64,000 nucleotides of DNA from positions 1,536,001-1,600,000 of the forward strand of contig CBDCYI010000011.1 in NCBI GenBank assembly GCA_965224085.1. Reading direction: 5' to 3'. Of this stretch, positions 47,431 through 59,515 are shown one piece after another. Below the pieces are notes generated by a model. That model did no database searches. It was not told where the DNA came from and was given only the letters and a program-made list of their open reading frames with translations. Position 1 is the stretch's first letter; each line of letters starts with the position of its first letter. This DNA comes from Candidatus Marinacidobacterales bacterium. GTDB taxonomy: Bacteria; Acidobacteriota; Vicinamibacteria; Marinacidobacterales; SMYC01. The translations under genes and the position numbers were made by a program.

Positions 47431-49848
47431 CTAGAACGTCGTTCCTATACCGAACCGAAAAGCGGTGGCCGGCTGGAAAGCATCGCGATGGGGATTATAA
47501 GCCCAAATCAGGCGGAACGGAACGTTCAGGACCGGCACGAAGAACCGCATTTCCGCCCCCGTCGACGTCCTCAAGTCTTCGAACATGGAAAAACTCCACG
47601 ACGTGTTCTCGGCATAGGCCTGCCCGGCATCGAAGAACAGAACCAAACGCAGCGGACCAGCGAGTGGGATGTAATATTCCGCGTTCAACAAGATCATCTT
47701 GTTTCCGCCGATGAAGCGACCGAGAGGGTCGCGGGGGCCGACCGTGCGAATGTCGTAGCCGCGAATTTGATTCTCACCACCGAGGAAGAAGCGCTCGAAG
47801 AACGGAATGCCCGTTTGCTGGACGTCGAGAATGAGGTCTCCGGCCTCTTCGTCGAGCTCTCCTTCGACGACGCGCCCTTCGGCGGTCCCTTTGAGCCAGG
47901 AGACCATCGCGCGAAATCCGAGATTGGTCGTACGAGTCAGAGGGAGGTACCAGATGCCTTCGAAAGTCGGTTTGTAGTAGTTGACCGTGCCCCCGAGAAC
48001 GCCACCGGCAACTCCGAAGCTAGCAGTGTAGCGCTTGCCCCGGAACGGAAAGAGCGGGTTGTCAGTCGTATTGTGGATGAAAGATGGCGTCACCTTGCTC
48101 GAGATAAAGTTGCCTTGGATGCCGAGAAAACGCGGATCGAGGAAGGCGGAGTTTATGAACAAATCGTTGATGGTCAGGACTAGATCCGGATCGGGCTCCG
48201 CGGTCTTGATCACCGAGTAGTTGTAGTTCAAGAAAAGGCGCGAGAAGCGTTTGATCGGGATACCCCAAACGAGCCCGGCGCCCGTGTCGTGACGCGTGAA
48301 CTGCGGAAGACGTAGCGTCCGCTTGAAGACGTCGAAGCCGAGTGTTATCGGCTTGTCCATGAAGTAGGGGTCGGTGATCGCGATCTGAAAGTTTCGAGTA
48401 CGGCTTCCCGTTTGGAGCGAGAACGAGGCCGTTTCTCCACGGCCGAGAAAGTTCGTCGTCGAAAAAGCGAGGTTGATGAACGCACCTTCGAGCCCGGATA
48501 CTCCACCGCCGAAAGTAAACTGGTTGCGATTCTGCTCGGCGAGCCTGAGGGTGATATCGAGCTTGTTATCCTCGCCTTCCACCGGCAAGATCTCGGGCTC
48601 TTCGATGGGCTGAAAGTAGCCGAGCTGGTTGATGCGCTGAATCGACATCTTGAGCAGCTCCATATTCATGACGTCTTGCTCGTTCAGCCACATCTCGCGA
48701 CGGATGACTTTGTCGCGCGTCGTCGTATTGCCTTTGAAGTCGATCTGATTGACGAAATATTGCTTGTCTTCGTTGAGATTGATCGTCACGTCGACGAGGT
48801 CCGTCTCCGGAACAGGCTGCTTTATGGGGAAGCCGGTAAACTGGATGTAGCCGCGAGCGCCGTAGAGCTCACGCAGCTTCTCGAGCCCCTTGGTAATCTT
48901 GGATTCGTCGTAAACCTCTCCTGGCAAAAGCTTGAAGTAGCTCTTGATGAACTCCTCGGGCATGAGCTCCGAGCCCTCGACGGACACGTTCCCGACCCGA
49001 TATTGCTTGCCTTCGACAACGGGAACTTTGAGACTCAGCCAGCGGCGCGGTTTCTTCCAAAAGAGAAAGCGAGAGCTCCCGTCTTCGTACTCCATCTCGG
49101 GAGGCCCAAAGGACACGTCCACGAAGCCGCTATTGAGATAGATTTCCCGCACGAGCTCGATATCGGCCGCGTATTGCTCTTCCGTATACGTACTGCCACC
49201 CATGAGAGCGCCCAGCGCGTGGCTCTCTTTGGTCTTCTTCATCCCCCAGCGAAGCCGCCAGTCGTCGAAATACTCGGCACCGTCGAACTGGATTTGCTTG
49301 ATCCGAATCTTCTGCTCGTCTTTGATGTCGAAAACGATTTTGACACCGCCTGACTCGAGCGCATCGACACGGGTCGACACCGAGCCGTCGGTCCGACCTT
49401 TATCGATGAGCATCGCCCGGATGATGTTCTCCGCTTTGACGACTTTGGCCGGATCGTAGAACGACTCGATCGGGATCTCGACGCCTTCTTCTTCGAGCTG
49501 CTCTGTAATGTCGCTGGCGTCGATCTCTTTCGAGCCAACAAAGTCGAGAGCTTGGACCCTAGGACGCTCGGCGACGACATAAGTGACGACTTTGCCGCGC
49601 TCGCCATCGGTCACTTCGAGAGTCAAGTCGTCGAGAAAGCCCGTACCCCACAAACGGCGGAAATCGTCGAGAGCGTGCCCACGGTCATAGGGGTCGCCGA
49701 TTTTCTGGGTCAAGTGAAACAAATAGGTCTCTGAGTCGACAATGCCATTACCCTGAATCTCTATCCGCTCGATATTGTTCTCCTGAGCGAGGACTAGGGA
49801 AGGGAGCAATATCGACAAGAGAACGCTGATGAAACGCCGGTTGGGCAT
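47431..49848 (-). CDS. bamA: Outer membrane protein assembly factor BamA
   Basis: POTRA repeats, GNTTTRDKVIRRE, IRGY, terminal F. Confidence 0.95.
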   Translation of the reverse strand: MPNRRFISVLLSILLPSLVLAQENNIERIEIQGNGIVDSETYLFHLTQKIGDPYDRGHALDDFRRLWGTGFLDDLTLEVTDGERGKVVTYVVAERPRVQALDFVGSKEIDASDITEQLEEEGVEIPIESFYDPAKVVKAENIIRAMLIDKGRTDGSVSTRVDALESGGVKIVFDIKDEQKIRIKQIQFDGAEYFDDWRLRWGMKKTKESHALGALMGGSTYTEEQYAADIELVREIYLNSGFVDVSFGPPEMEYEDGSSRFLFWKKPRRWLSLKVPVVEGKQYRVGNVSVEGSELMPEEFIKSYFKLLPGEVYDESKITKGLEKLRELYGARGYIQFTGFPIKQPVPETDLVDVTINLNEDKQYFVNQIDFKGNTTTRDKVIRREMWLNEQDVMNMELLKMSIQRINQLGYFQPIEEPEILPVEGEDNKLDITLRLAEQNRNQFTFGGGVSGLEGAFINLAFSTTNFLGRGETASFSLQTGSRTRNFQIAITDPYFMDKPITLGFDVFKRTLRLPQFTRHDTGAGLVWGIPIKRFSRLFLNYNYSVIKTAEPDPDLVLTINDLFINSAFLDPRFLGIQGNFISSKVTPSFIHNTTDNPLFPFRGKRYTASFGVAGGVLGGTVNYYKPTFEGIWYLPLTRTTNLGFRAMVSWLKGTAEGRVVEGELDEEAGDLILDVQQTGIPFFERFFLGGENQIRGYDIRTVGPRDPLGRFIGGNKMILLNAEYYIPLAGPLRLVLFFDAGQAYAENTSWSFSMFEDLRTSTGAEMRFFVPVLNVPFRLIWAYNPHRDAFQPATAFRFGIGTTF

Positions 49849-49872
49849 CGCTGATTCCCTTATTCCAAATTT

Positions 49873-52305
<2,433 letters not shown>

Positions 52306-52448
52306 TTCCTCCACCCAACGTGGTGTTTCGTCATTATATCACACGCGTATAAATCGTTGCGACAGTTGAGGTTCAAGCTTTTGGATGCATGCGGCATCCC
52401 TTGGAGCATAGCACTTTCGATGCCTCGTAACCAGTGAACGACAGCTGT

Positions 52449-53117
52449 TCACATCCGCAACGTGCCATTTTCCATAAAGAACGTTCGATCGCACACGAAA
52501 GCCACGGCTTCGGAGTGAGTCACGATAACCGAGGTTAGATCGCGTTTTTCATGAAGATGGCGAAATAGGGACACGAGCCCTTCGCTGTTGCCTGTGTCGA
52601 GGTTCCCTGTGGGCTCGTCGGCAAGCACGAGGCTCGGCTCGGTGACGAGTGCCCGCGCCACGGCCACCCTTTGCTGCTCCCCGCCGGAGAGCTGAGACGG
52701 CCGGTGCGAGCCACGCTCCGAGAGGCCTAGCTCCGCGAGGAGCCTCTCGGCTCGCCGCAAGGCCTCGGCCCGCTCCATCCGGCCGATCATGAGCGGCATC
52801 GCAACGTTTTCCGCGGCCGTGAATTCTGGCAACAAGTGATGGAACTGAAAGACGAAGCCGATCGTCTCGTTGCGGAGCCGCGTACGCGCGTCCTCGTTGA
52901 GTTCGAAGAGCGACTTATCGCCGATATGTACCGTTCCCGAGTCGGGAACGTCGAGGCTGCCGAGAACGTGCATGAGCGTGCTCTTCCCGACCCCGGAGGC
53001 CCCGACAATCGCAACCATCTCCCCCTTCTCGATAGAGAGATCCACACCGCGCAGCACGTCCACACGCCTACCATTCGAAGCAAAAGCCTTGGTGAGGTTA
53101 TGTGCTTCTAAAAACAT
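52449..53117 (-). CDS. lolD: Lipoprotein-releasing ABC ATP-binding protein
   Basis: GASGVGKST, FVFQFHHLL, LSGGEQQR. Confidence 0.88.
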   Translation of the reverse strand: MFLEAHNLTKAFASNGRRVDVLRGVDLSIEKGEMVAIVGASGVGKSTLMHVLGSLDVPDSGTVHIGDKSLFELNEDARTRLRNETIGFVFQFHHLLPEFTAAENVAMPLMIGRMERAEALRRAERLLAELGLSERGSHRPSQLSGGEQQRVAVARALVTEPSLVLADEPTGNLDTGNSEGLVSLFRHLHEKRDLTSVIVTHSEAVAFVCDRTFFMENGTLRM

Positions 53118-53189
53118 GCGTCAGCTTCCGGTAGCAGCGCTGAACTCACAGTGGTAGCAGGCAGCAAAAACAACGATTCACAGAAAAAA

Positions 53190-54455
53190 TCATTCGAATC
53201 TCAAAGCTTCCGTAATAACCAATTGAGCGGCCCTTCGCGCGGGGTAGAGTGTCGCAGCGAAACACATCAGAGGGGCCGCGATGACCACCAGCATGAAATC
53301 CGCGGGGAGCAGCTTGAACGGCACCCACGCCACCTGGTAGACGTCCTCGGGGATCGAGATCACGCGATAGTGATCGAGCACCCAGGAGATCGTAACGCCC
53401 AGCGCCGCTCCCACGGCGGTTCCCGCCACACCGATGATGGCGCCCTGCAACATGAAGATGCGCATGATGCTCTTGGCGCTCGCCCCCATCGATCGAAGAA
53501 TGGCGATGTCCCGTGTCTTGTTCATGACGATCATGATCTGGCTCGCGATGATATTGAGAGCGGCCACACCCACGATGAAGCCGATGAAGATCGTCGTCAC
53601 CACCTTCTCGACCCAGAAGGCGGAAAAAAGACTACGGTTCGTTTCCTTCCAGTTCATCGAGCCGTACTCGCCACCAATCGCTCTCATAACGTCCAACTCG
53701 ACGCGCCCGACGTCGAAGATATCCAAAACTTTCGTCTCGACATACATCGCCTCATCCCCGACACCGAGAAGCCGCTGCGCGTCGGGAAGATGCAGAAGCG
53801 CCCACGAGTTGTCGAAGTTATAGAGCCCGAGCTGGAAAATACCCACGACGCGAAAGCTTCGCGTGCGCGGCAGCATGCCGAACGGGCTTAGATGGCCTTC
53901 GGGCGACGTGACTTTCATGATATCCCCGATGAAGACGCCGAGCGTCATCGCAAGCTCTTCCCCGACGATGATAGGCGGCGGCTCGTTCGCAAGCTCCTCA
54001 CCCGAAACATTTCCCTCAGACTTTTCGGGCTCGGACAGGCGCATCAGCTCTCCGACCAACATTTTCTGCCCGAACTCGGTGACGGTGGCTTCGAGCTCCG
54101 GCTCGATGCCCTTGAGCGTCACGAGCCCGGAGCCGGTCGCGCTCGAGACGAGCGCTTTGCCGTACAACACGGGGGCAGCCCCCACGACGGCATCGATACC
54201 GCCGAGCTTCGCCATAACGTCCCGATAATCCGCGAAGGCTTCCCCTCCACCTTTGTAGATGCTCAGATGGGAGGCGGCTCCGAGGATGCGTGAGCGCAGC
54301 TCGCCTTGCATCCCCGTCAAGATCGCGAGTGCGATGAGCAGGATCATGACACCCACAACGACGCCTAGAGTGGAGATGGTCGAGATCACTGCAATGAAGA
54401 GCTGACGTCGTTGCGCGAAGAGGTAGCGCAGCGCGATCCTCAGCTCGAAAGGCAT
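53190..54455 (-). CDS. Lipoprotein-releasing ABC permease LolC/E family
   Basis: FELRIALRYL, DIAILRSMGA, YPARRAA. Confidence 0.9.
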   Translation of the reverse strand: MPFELRIALRYLFAQRRQLFIAVISTISTLGVVVGVMILLIALAILTGMQGELRSRILGAASHLSIYKGGGEAFADYRDVMAKLGGIDAVVGAAPVLYGKALVSSATGSGLVTLKGIEPELEATVTEFGQKMLVGELMRLSEPEKSEGNVSGEELANEPPPIIVGEELAMTLGVFIGDIMKVTSPEGHLSPFGMLPRTRSFRVVGIFQLGLYNFDNSWALLHLPDAQRLLGVGDEAMYVETKVLDIFDVGRVELDVMRAIGGEYGSMNWKETNRSLFSAFWVEKVVTTIFIGFIVGVAALNIIASQIMIVMNKTRDIAILRSMGASAKSIMRIFMLQGAIIGVAGTAVGAALGVTISWVLDHYRVISIPEDVYQVAWVPFKLLPADFMLVVIAAPLMCFAATLYPARRAAQLVITEALRFE

Positions 54456-54456
54456 G

Positions 54457-55992
54457 TTATTCCTCGCCCTCGCGCGCATCCGCTGCAGCGGAGCGCCCGC
54501 TCTCAGGCCTCAGGTGCGGGAACAAGATGACGTCGCGGATGGAGTGCGAGTCCGTGAACAGCATGACGAGCCGATCGATACCGAGTCCCTCGCCTCCGGT
54601 GGGCGGGAGGCCGTGCATCAAAGCCCGCACATAATCCTCGTCCATATCGTGCGCTTCCGCGTCACCGCGGGCGCGCTCTTCGAGCTGCGCCTCGAAGCGG
54701 GCTCTCTGATCGTCGGGATCGTTGAGCTCGCTGAAGCCGTTCGCAACCTCCATTCCAGCGATGAACAGCTCGAACCGCTCGACGAACACCGGATCGTCGC
54801 GCTTCTTCTTGGAGAAAGGAGAGACATCTACCGGATAGTCTGTTACGAAAGTCGGCTGTACGAGTGACGCCTCGATGAGATGATCAAAGAGCACGCTCAG
54901 GAGCTTTCCCCACGGGGCGCCCTCGTCTAGGCCGAGCTCGAGCTTGCGGCCAAGCTCGACGAGCACTTCGCGCTCCCGCAACTCCTCCGGCCCGATTTCG
55001 AGGTCGTGTATGCGGAGCGCTTCGACGACGCCGTCGAGCATCGCGAGGCGCCGGTACGGCGGTGTCAGATCGATCTCGACCTCTCCGTAGCGAAGCGGCT
55101 TTCCGTCGTGGACGTTTTTCTGGAGCTCGGCCAGAAGCTCTTCTGTGAGCGCCATCATACTCTCGACATCACTATAGGCTTCATAGAACTCGAGCATGGT
55201 GAATTCGGGGTTGTGGCGCGTCGAGATTCCCTCATTGCGGAAATTGCGATTGATCTCGTAGACCTTTTCGAGCCCGCCCACGGTCAGTCGCTTGAGATAG
55301 AGCTCGGGGGCGATGCGCATATAGAGCTCGATCCCGAGAGTGTTGTGAAACGTTTTGAACGGCCGCGCGGTGGCACCACCGGCGATGGGCTGAAGCATCG
55401 GAGTCTCGACTTCAATATATCCGTGTGCGTCGAAGAAATCTCGGATCCGGGCGACAACGCGGCTGCGGGTGACAAAAATGGCGCGGGAATCTTCGTTCGC
55501 AATGAGGTCCAGATAGCGTTGGCGGTAGCGGATCTCCACATCGGCCAGGCCATGCCATTTTTCGGGGAGCGGCTTGAGAGCTTTGGCGAGAAATGTGAGT
55601 TTTTCGACTCTGAGCGTGAGCTCGCCTGTTTTAGTCCGAAACAAAGGTCCCTGGACACCGATGAAATCTCCAATGTCGAGCTTCTTGTAAATGGCGAAAC
55701 CCGGATCCTCGACCGTGTCCTTGCGTACGTAGATTTGGAGCTTGCCTGCACCGTCGCTCAATCGCAGAAATCCTGCTTTCCCGAATTTGTTCAGGGCCAC
55801 GATGCGCCCGGCCGTTCGGACCTGAACCGGATCTTTATCGAGCTCCTCCTCGCTCTTCGTATCGAACGTGGTGAACGCCTCCGAAACAGTATGCGTCCGG
55901 TCGAAGCGAGTCGGATAGACGTTCACTCCGAGCTCTCCGAGCTCCTGTCTCTTCGTGCGCCTTTCCTTTTCGATACGGTCTTCGACACCCAC
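54457..55992 (-). CDS. lysS: Lysine--tRNA ligase (class II)
   Basis: RYRQRYLDL, RIAPELYLKRL, FRNEG, GIDRL; real start about 55992, not 56361. Confidence 0.97.
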   Translation of the reverse strand: MGVEDRIEKERRTKRQELGELGVNVYPTRFDRTHTVSEAFTTFDTKSEEELDKDPVQVRTAGRIVALNKFGKAGFLRLSDGAGKLQIYVRKDTVEDPGFAIYKKLDIGDFIGVQGPLFRTKTGELTLRVEKLTFLAKALKPLPEKWHGLADVEIRYRQRYLDLIANEDSRAIFVTRSRVVARIRDFFDAHGYIEVETPMLQPIAGGATARPFKTFHNTLGIELYMRIAPELYLKRLTVGGLEKVYEINRNFRNEGISTRHNPEFTMLEFYEAYSDVESMMALTEELLAELQKNVHDGKPLRYGEVEIDLTPPYRRLAMLDGVVEALRIHDLEIGPEELREREVLVELGRKLELGLDEGAPWGKLLSVLFDHLIEASLVQPTFVTDYPVDVSPFSKKKRDDPVFVERFELFIAGMEVANGFSELNDPDDQRARFEAQLEERARGDAEAHDMDEDYVRALMHGLPPTGGEGLGIDRLVMLFTDSHSIRDVILFPHLRPESGRSAAADAREGEE

Positions 55993-56411
55993 TATCTGCT
56001 CTCCGATGTCGCTTCGATATTGGCACAAACGGCGTCGAGCACGCCGTTCACGAAACTGACCGCGTCGGGCGCGGAGAAGCGCTTCGTGATCTCGAGCGCC
56101 TCGTTGATGACGACCCTTTTGGGGGTCTCGGTATCGAGAAACTCGTAGACCGCAATTCTCAGAATGTTGCGATCGACGGCCGCCATCCGAGAAAGCCTCC
56201 AGCGGTCGGACTGCGCGGTGATGAGCGCATCGATCTCTTCTACGCGGCGGATCGTTTCTTCCGCGAGCGAGCGACCGAAATCCCGCGCCTCTTGGCTCGG
56301 ATTTCGGATCTCGTCCATCGACCAAACGACCTCTCCGACGGACGCACGGGTGACATCCCATTGGTAAAGCATTTGAACTGCGAACTCACGCCCTTTCCTG
56401 CGCACCCCCAT
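55992..56411 (-). CDS. nusB: Transcription antitermination factor NusB
   Basis: RRKGRE...LYQ, DRNILR, FVNGVLD. Confidence 0.95.
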   Translation of the reverse strand: MGVRRKGREFAVQMLYQWDVTRASVGEVVWSMDEIRNPSQEARDFGRSLAEETIRRVEEIDALITAQSDRWRLSRMAAVDRNILRIAVYEFLDTETPKRVVINEALEITKRFSAPDAVSFVNGVLDAVCANIEATSESR

Positions 56412-56436
56412 GCTCAGCCTCTGACTTTCGACACTT

Positions 56437-56919
56437 TCATTCGTCTTCCAACTTCTCGAACAAAAAAGCCATCTCGACTGCGGCGAGCGCGGCGTCGTAG
56501 CCCCTGTTGTTCTTGTTTTCGCTTCCTTGGCGAGCGCGCTCGACCGCCTGCTCCATCGTGTCTGTGGTCAAGACGGCGTTCGTCATCGGAACGTTCGTAG
56601 CAAGCGACGCTTGGCAAATCCCGGAAGTCGCCGTCTTGCTGAGGTAATGCCAATGCGGGGTGTCGCCCTTGACGATCGCACCGAGACAGATGACCGCGGC
56701 GAAACGGCCGGTCTCCGCGAGGCGTTTCGCCGCGAGCGGGATCTCGAACGCTCCCGGGACGCGCACCACTTCTACGTCGGCCTCGCCGACGCGGGCGCGA
56801 CGGAGCGCTTCGAGCGCACCTTCAAGGAGCTTGTCTGTCACCATATTGTTGAACCGACCGAGGACGATTCCGAATCGCAGCCCAACACCTACCGGCTTGC
56901 CTTCCCAGATCTTCGTCAC
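56437..56919 (-). CDS. ribH: Lumazine synthase
   Basis: RFN, VPGAFEIP, KGDTPH. Confidence 0.95.
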   Translation of the reverse strand: MTKIWEGKPVGVGLRFGIVLGRFNNMVTDKLLEGALEALRRARVGEADVEVVRVPGAFEIPLAAKRLAETGRFAAVICLGAIVKGDTPHWHYLSKTATSGICQASLATNVPMTNAVLTTDTMEQAVERARQGSENKNNRGYDAALAAVEMAFLFEKLEDE

Positions 56920-56935
56920 GTCGTGTCGTTCTCGC

Positions 56936-57718
56936 TCACCTACCGGTGAATTTCGGGGGACGCTTCTCGACAAACGCCTTCATACCTTCGCGCCAGTCAT
57001 CGCTTCCGGCGAGTACACCGAAGAGCGTCGCTTCGAGCTCGAGCCCTGTCTCGAGATCGGCGTCGAGTCCTCGGTTCACCGCGAGAATGACGCTCCGCAG
57101 AGCGCCCGGCGCATTCTTGATGATTTTCCGCGCAAGGTCGTCGGCAGCCGTCGCGAGCTCGTTGTTCGGTACCACACGGTTCACGAGGCCGATGCGATAG
57201 GCCTCCGCGGCGTCGACAGGCTGGGCGCTCAAGATCATCTCGAGCGCCCGTCCGCTCCCCACGAGGCGTGCGAGGCGTTGGGTCCCGCCATAACCCGGAA
57301 TCGCGCCGAGGCCGACCTCGGGCAAGCCGAGCTTGGCGGTGTCCGATGCCAGGCGTATGTGGCAAGCGAGCGCGAGCTCGAGTCCACCCCCGAGCGCGAA
57401 CCCGTTCACCGCGGCAAGGACCGGCTTTCCGAGCGTCTCCAGCTTGCGAAAGATTGCCTGATCGCGTCGTGCGGCAAGGTGGCCTCCCTCGGCCGATAGC
57501 TCTCGAAGCTCCTTGATGTCCGCACCTGCAACGAAAGCTTTCTCGCCGGCGCCGGTGACGATAAGAGCGCGTATGTCCGTGGCGGCGTCCACGCTCTCGA
57601 GCGCGGTCTCGAGCTCAGAAAGCGTCGCCTCATTGAGCGCGTTGAGCTTGTCGGGCCGCTTCACGGTGAGCGTCGCGATGCCGTCGCGATCCGTCAGCAT
57701 GAGATTTTCGAAATTCAT
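56936..57718 (-). CDS. Enoyl-CoA hydratase (crotonase)
   Basis: AFVAGADI, GFALGGGLELA, PGYGGTQRL. Confidence 0.92.
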   Translation of the reverse strand: MNFENLMLTDRDGIATLTVKRPDKLNALNEATLSELETALESVDAATDIRALIVTGAGEKAFVAGADIKELRELSAEGGHLAARRDQAIFRKLETLGKPVLAAVNGFALGGGLELALACHIRLASDTAKLGLPEVGLGAIPGYGGTQRLARLVGSGRALEMILSAQPVDAAEAYRIGLVNRVVPNNELATAADDLARKIIKNAPGALRSVILAVNRGLDADLETGLELEATLFGVLAGSDDWREGMKAFVEKRPPKFTGR

Positions 57719-58161
57719 TGCGACTTCTCAGTGATCCTGGTCGAGCGTTTCTCGTGAGATTCCTCGTATATGATATTCCCTCGAGACTCTATTTGGCGCA
57801 CTCGCACGCTCCAAAACGTCGAGAGCGTCCGTCCTGCCAAGAACGCTCCCAGCGCATCAAACGAGACATCATAGGCATCCCCGACGCGCGCCGGTACGAA
57901 CGATTGATGCCACTCGTCACACGCACCATATAGCACTGCGACCGCCACGCCGCCCCAAAGCTTCGCGCCCGAAACAGGCTCGGCAAGGCCGTGCCCGAAC
58001 GCGCGTATCGCAAGGATCGCCATCACGAAATACGCGCCGCCATGGAGGACAACATCCGGAACCGCCGAGACACCTTCGGGCCTCGGCCGGGAGGAGACCC
58101 AAAACACAAGTCCCATGTACAGAAGTAGCGGAGCCCAGCAGCGCGCGAAAGAAGCAATCAC
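57715..58161 (-). CDS. VanZ-like family membrane protein
   Basis: LHGGAY, DEWHQSFVPAR, D..G. Confidence 0.8.
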   Translation of the reverse strand: MIASFARCWAPLLLYMGLVFWVSSRPRPEGVSAVPDVVLHGGAYFVMAILAIRAFGHGLAEPVSGAKLWGGVAVAVLYGACDEWHQSFVPARVGDAYDVSFDALGAFLAGRTLSTFWSVRVRQIESRGNIIYEESHEKRSTRITEKSQ

Positions 58162-58331
58162 GAAGGAAAAGGGTACATCAACCAGCCTATGATGAAGGCT
58201 GAGCCAACGAAACAAGCAAACGCGAACAAGCCAAATTTGACTTGCTCTTTCGGTTCTTCGCGCATGAGGAGAGCAAATCCTGTCGAGACGAGAACGGCGA
58301 AGATGCTCAAAATCAGGAAGTGGCTCGTCAT
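58158..58331 (-). CDS. 57-aa two-TM hypothetical protein
   Basis: MTSHFLILSIFAVLVSTGFALL...IGWLMYPFPS*; below ORF cutoff, GTGA overlap with the VanZ-like gene. Confidence 0.7.
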   Translation of the reverse strand: MTSHFLILSIFAVLVSTGFALLMREEPKEQVKFGLFAFACFVGSAFIIGWLMYPFPS

Positions 58332-58339
58332 TCGGTTAG

Positions 58340-58735
58340 TCAGTCCTTCCTCCCGACCAAGATGTCATAGACGTCGAGCACGATGAGCATGTTCAAAAGC
58401 CCCGCCACGATGCAAAAAGTGTAGCCGTACTCGTAAGTGACGGAGGTCACGGCCCCCGCCCCGAATCCCATCATTTTGATAATAAAATACGGAAGCCCAA
58501 CACCCATCTCCGCGAGACCGGCAAGCAGTGTGAGCAATGCCCCCGTATCGAGCTCGAAGAGCTCGCCTTGGAGCTGAATGCCAAGGGCAAACAAAGCGAC
58601 AACGACGACAAAGAAAATAATGCCGCGGTTGCGCTTGCCGATCATGAAATGCCCGAGCCCAGGCACGAGCCACCCAGAAAGGCACGCAGGGATGGCCGCA
58701 AACGAAAACTCTGCTGAAACGTCCTTAGCCGGCAT
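58340..58735 (-). CDS. DUF6677-like membrane protein
   Basis: WLVPGLGH, EYG...AGLLNMLIVLD. Confidence 0.7.
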   Translation of the reverse strand: MPAKDVSAEFSFAAIPACLSGWLVPGLGHFMIGKRNRGIIFFVVVVALFALGIQLQGELFELDTGALLTLLAGLAEMGVGLPYFIIKMMGFGAGAVTSVTYEYGYTFCIVAGLLNMLIVLDVYDILVGRKD

Positions 58736-58846
58736 GAACGTTCATTTTAGTACAAACGCTCACTCCAAAGGGAGAGCTTCAAGAGATCGATATCAAAAAA
58801 GCGTAACAGTAGACCGATCCTTGAAGCTTAGGCCCCTAAAAGGTTC

Positions 58847-59467
58847 TTACGGGGTCCCGTAGAGCCGGTCTCCGAAGTCACCCAGCCCAGGGACGATATA
58901 TTTGCGCTCGTCGAGGCCGCGGTCGACCGCCGCGGTGTAGATATCGACCTCGGGGCAGTCCTGGGACAGCCGGTCGATCCCTTCGGGAGCGGCAACGATA
59001 CACAAAAGACGAACGTTCGTCGCAGCGTGCTCCTTCAACAAAGACACCGCGGCGCTGGCCGAGCCACCGGTGGCCAACATGGGGTCGAGCAGAAAAACGA
59101 AACGGCCAGAAAGATCCGGAAGCTTTCGATAATATTGACGCGCAACCGCCGTCGATTCGTCTCTCTCGAGCCCGACATAGCCGACCGATGCGGAGGGAAA
59201 GACCAACAGCATGACTTCGAGCATGCCCATTCCCGCACGCAAAACGGGCACGAGCACGACGCTTGCATCCAGCTTTTGGACATCGGTCTCCTCGAGCGGC
59301 GTGCGGACACGCTCCGTACGACCCCGTAGATCGCGCGACGCGTCATAGGCGAGAAGCGTCGTCACCCGACTCGCGAGCGGGCGAAAACGCTCCGGCGGTG
59401 TCGAGGCATCTCGAAGTTCCGAGCGCACGTCATCGATCAAGGGATGCTTCACATGATGAAGCGCCAC
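58847..59467 (-). CDS. upp: Uracil phosphoribosyltransferase
   Basis: PVLRAG, DPMLATGGS, YIVPGLGDFGDRLYGT. Confidence 0.96.
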   Translation of the reverse strand: MALHHVKHPLIDDVRSELRDASTPPERFRPLASRVTTLLAYDASRDLRGRTERVRTPLEETDVQKLDASVVLVPVLRAGMGMLEVMLLVFPSASVGYVGLERDESTAVARQYYRKLPDLSGRFVFLLDPMLATGGSASAAVSLLKEHAATNVRLLCIVAAPEGIDRLSQDCPEVDIYTAAVDRGLDERKYIVPGLGDFGDRLYGTP

Positions 59468-59515
59468 TTCGGACTCCTTTCAACAGAAAGCTGTTATTAT
59501 CCTATCCTTTCGGCG

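Noticed and set aside
52410-52425. CIRCE or sigma-54 site upstream of clpC
   Set aside because: Only a CIRCE half-site; AGGCAT-N5-GTGC is a weak sigma-54 match and a TATAAT lies nearer the gene
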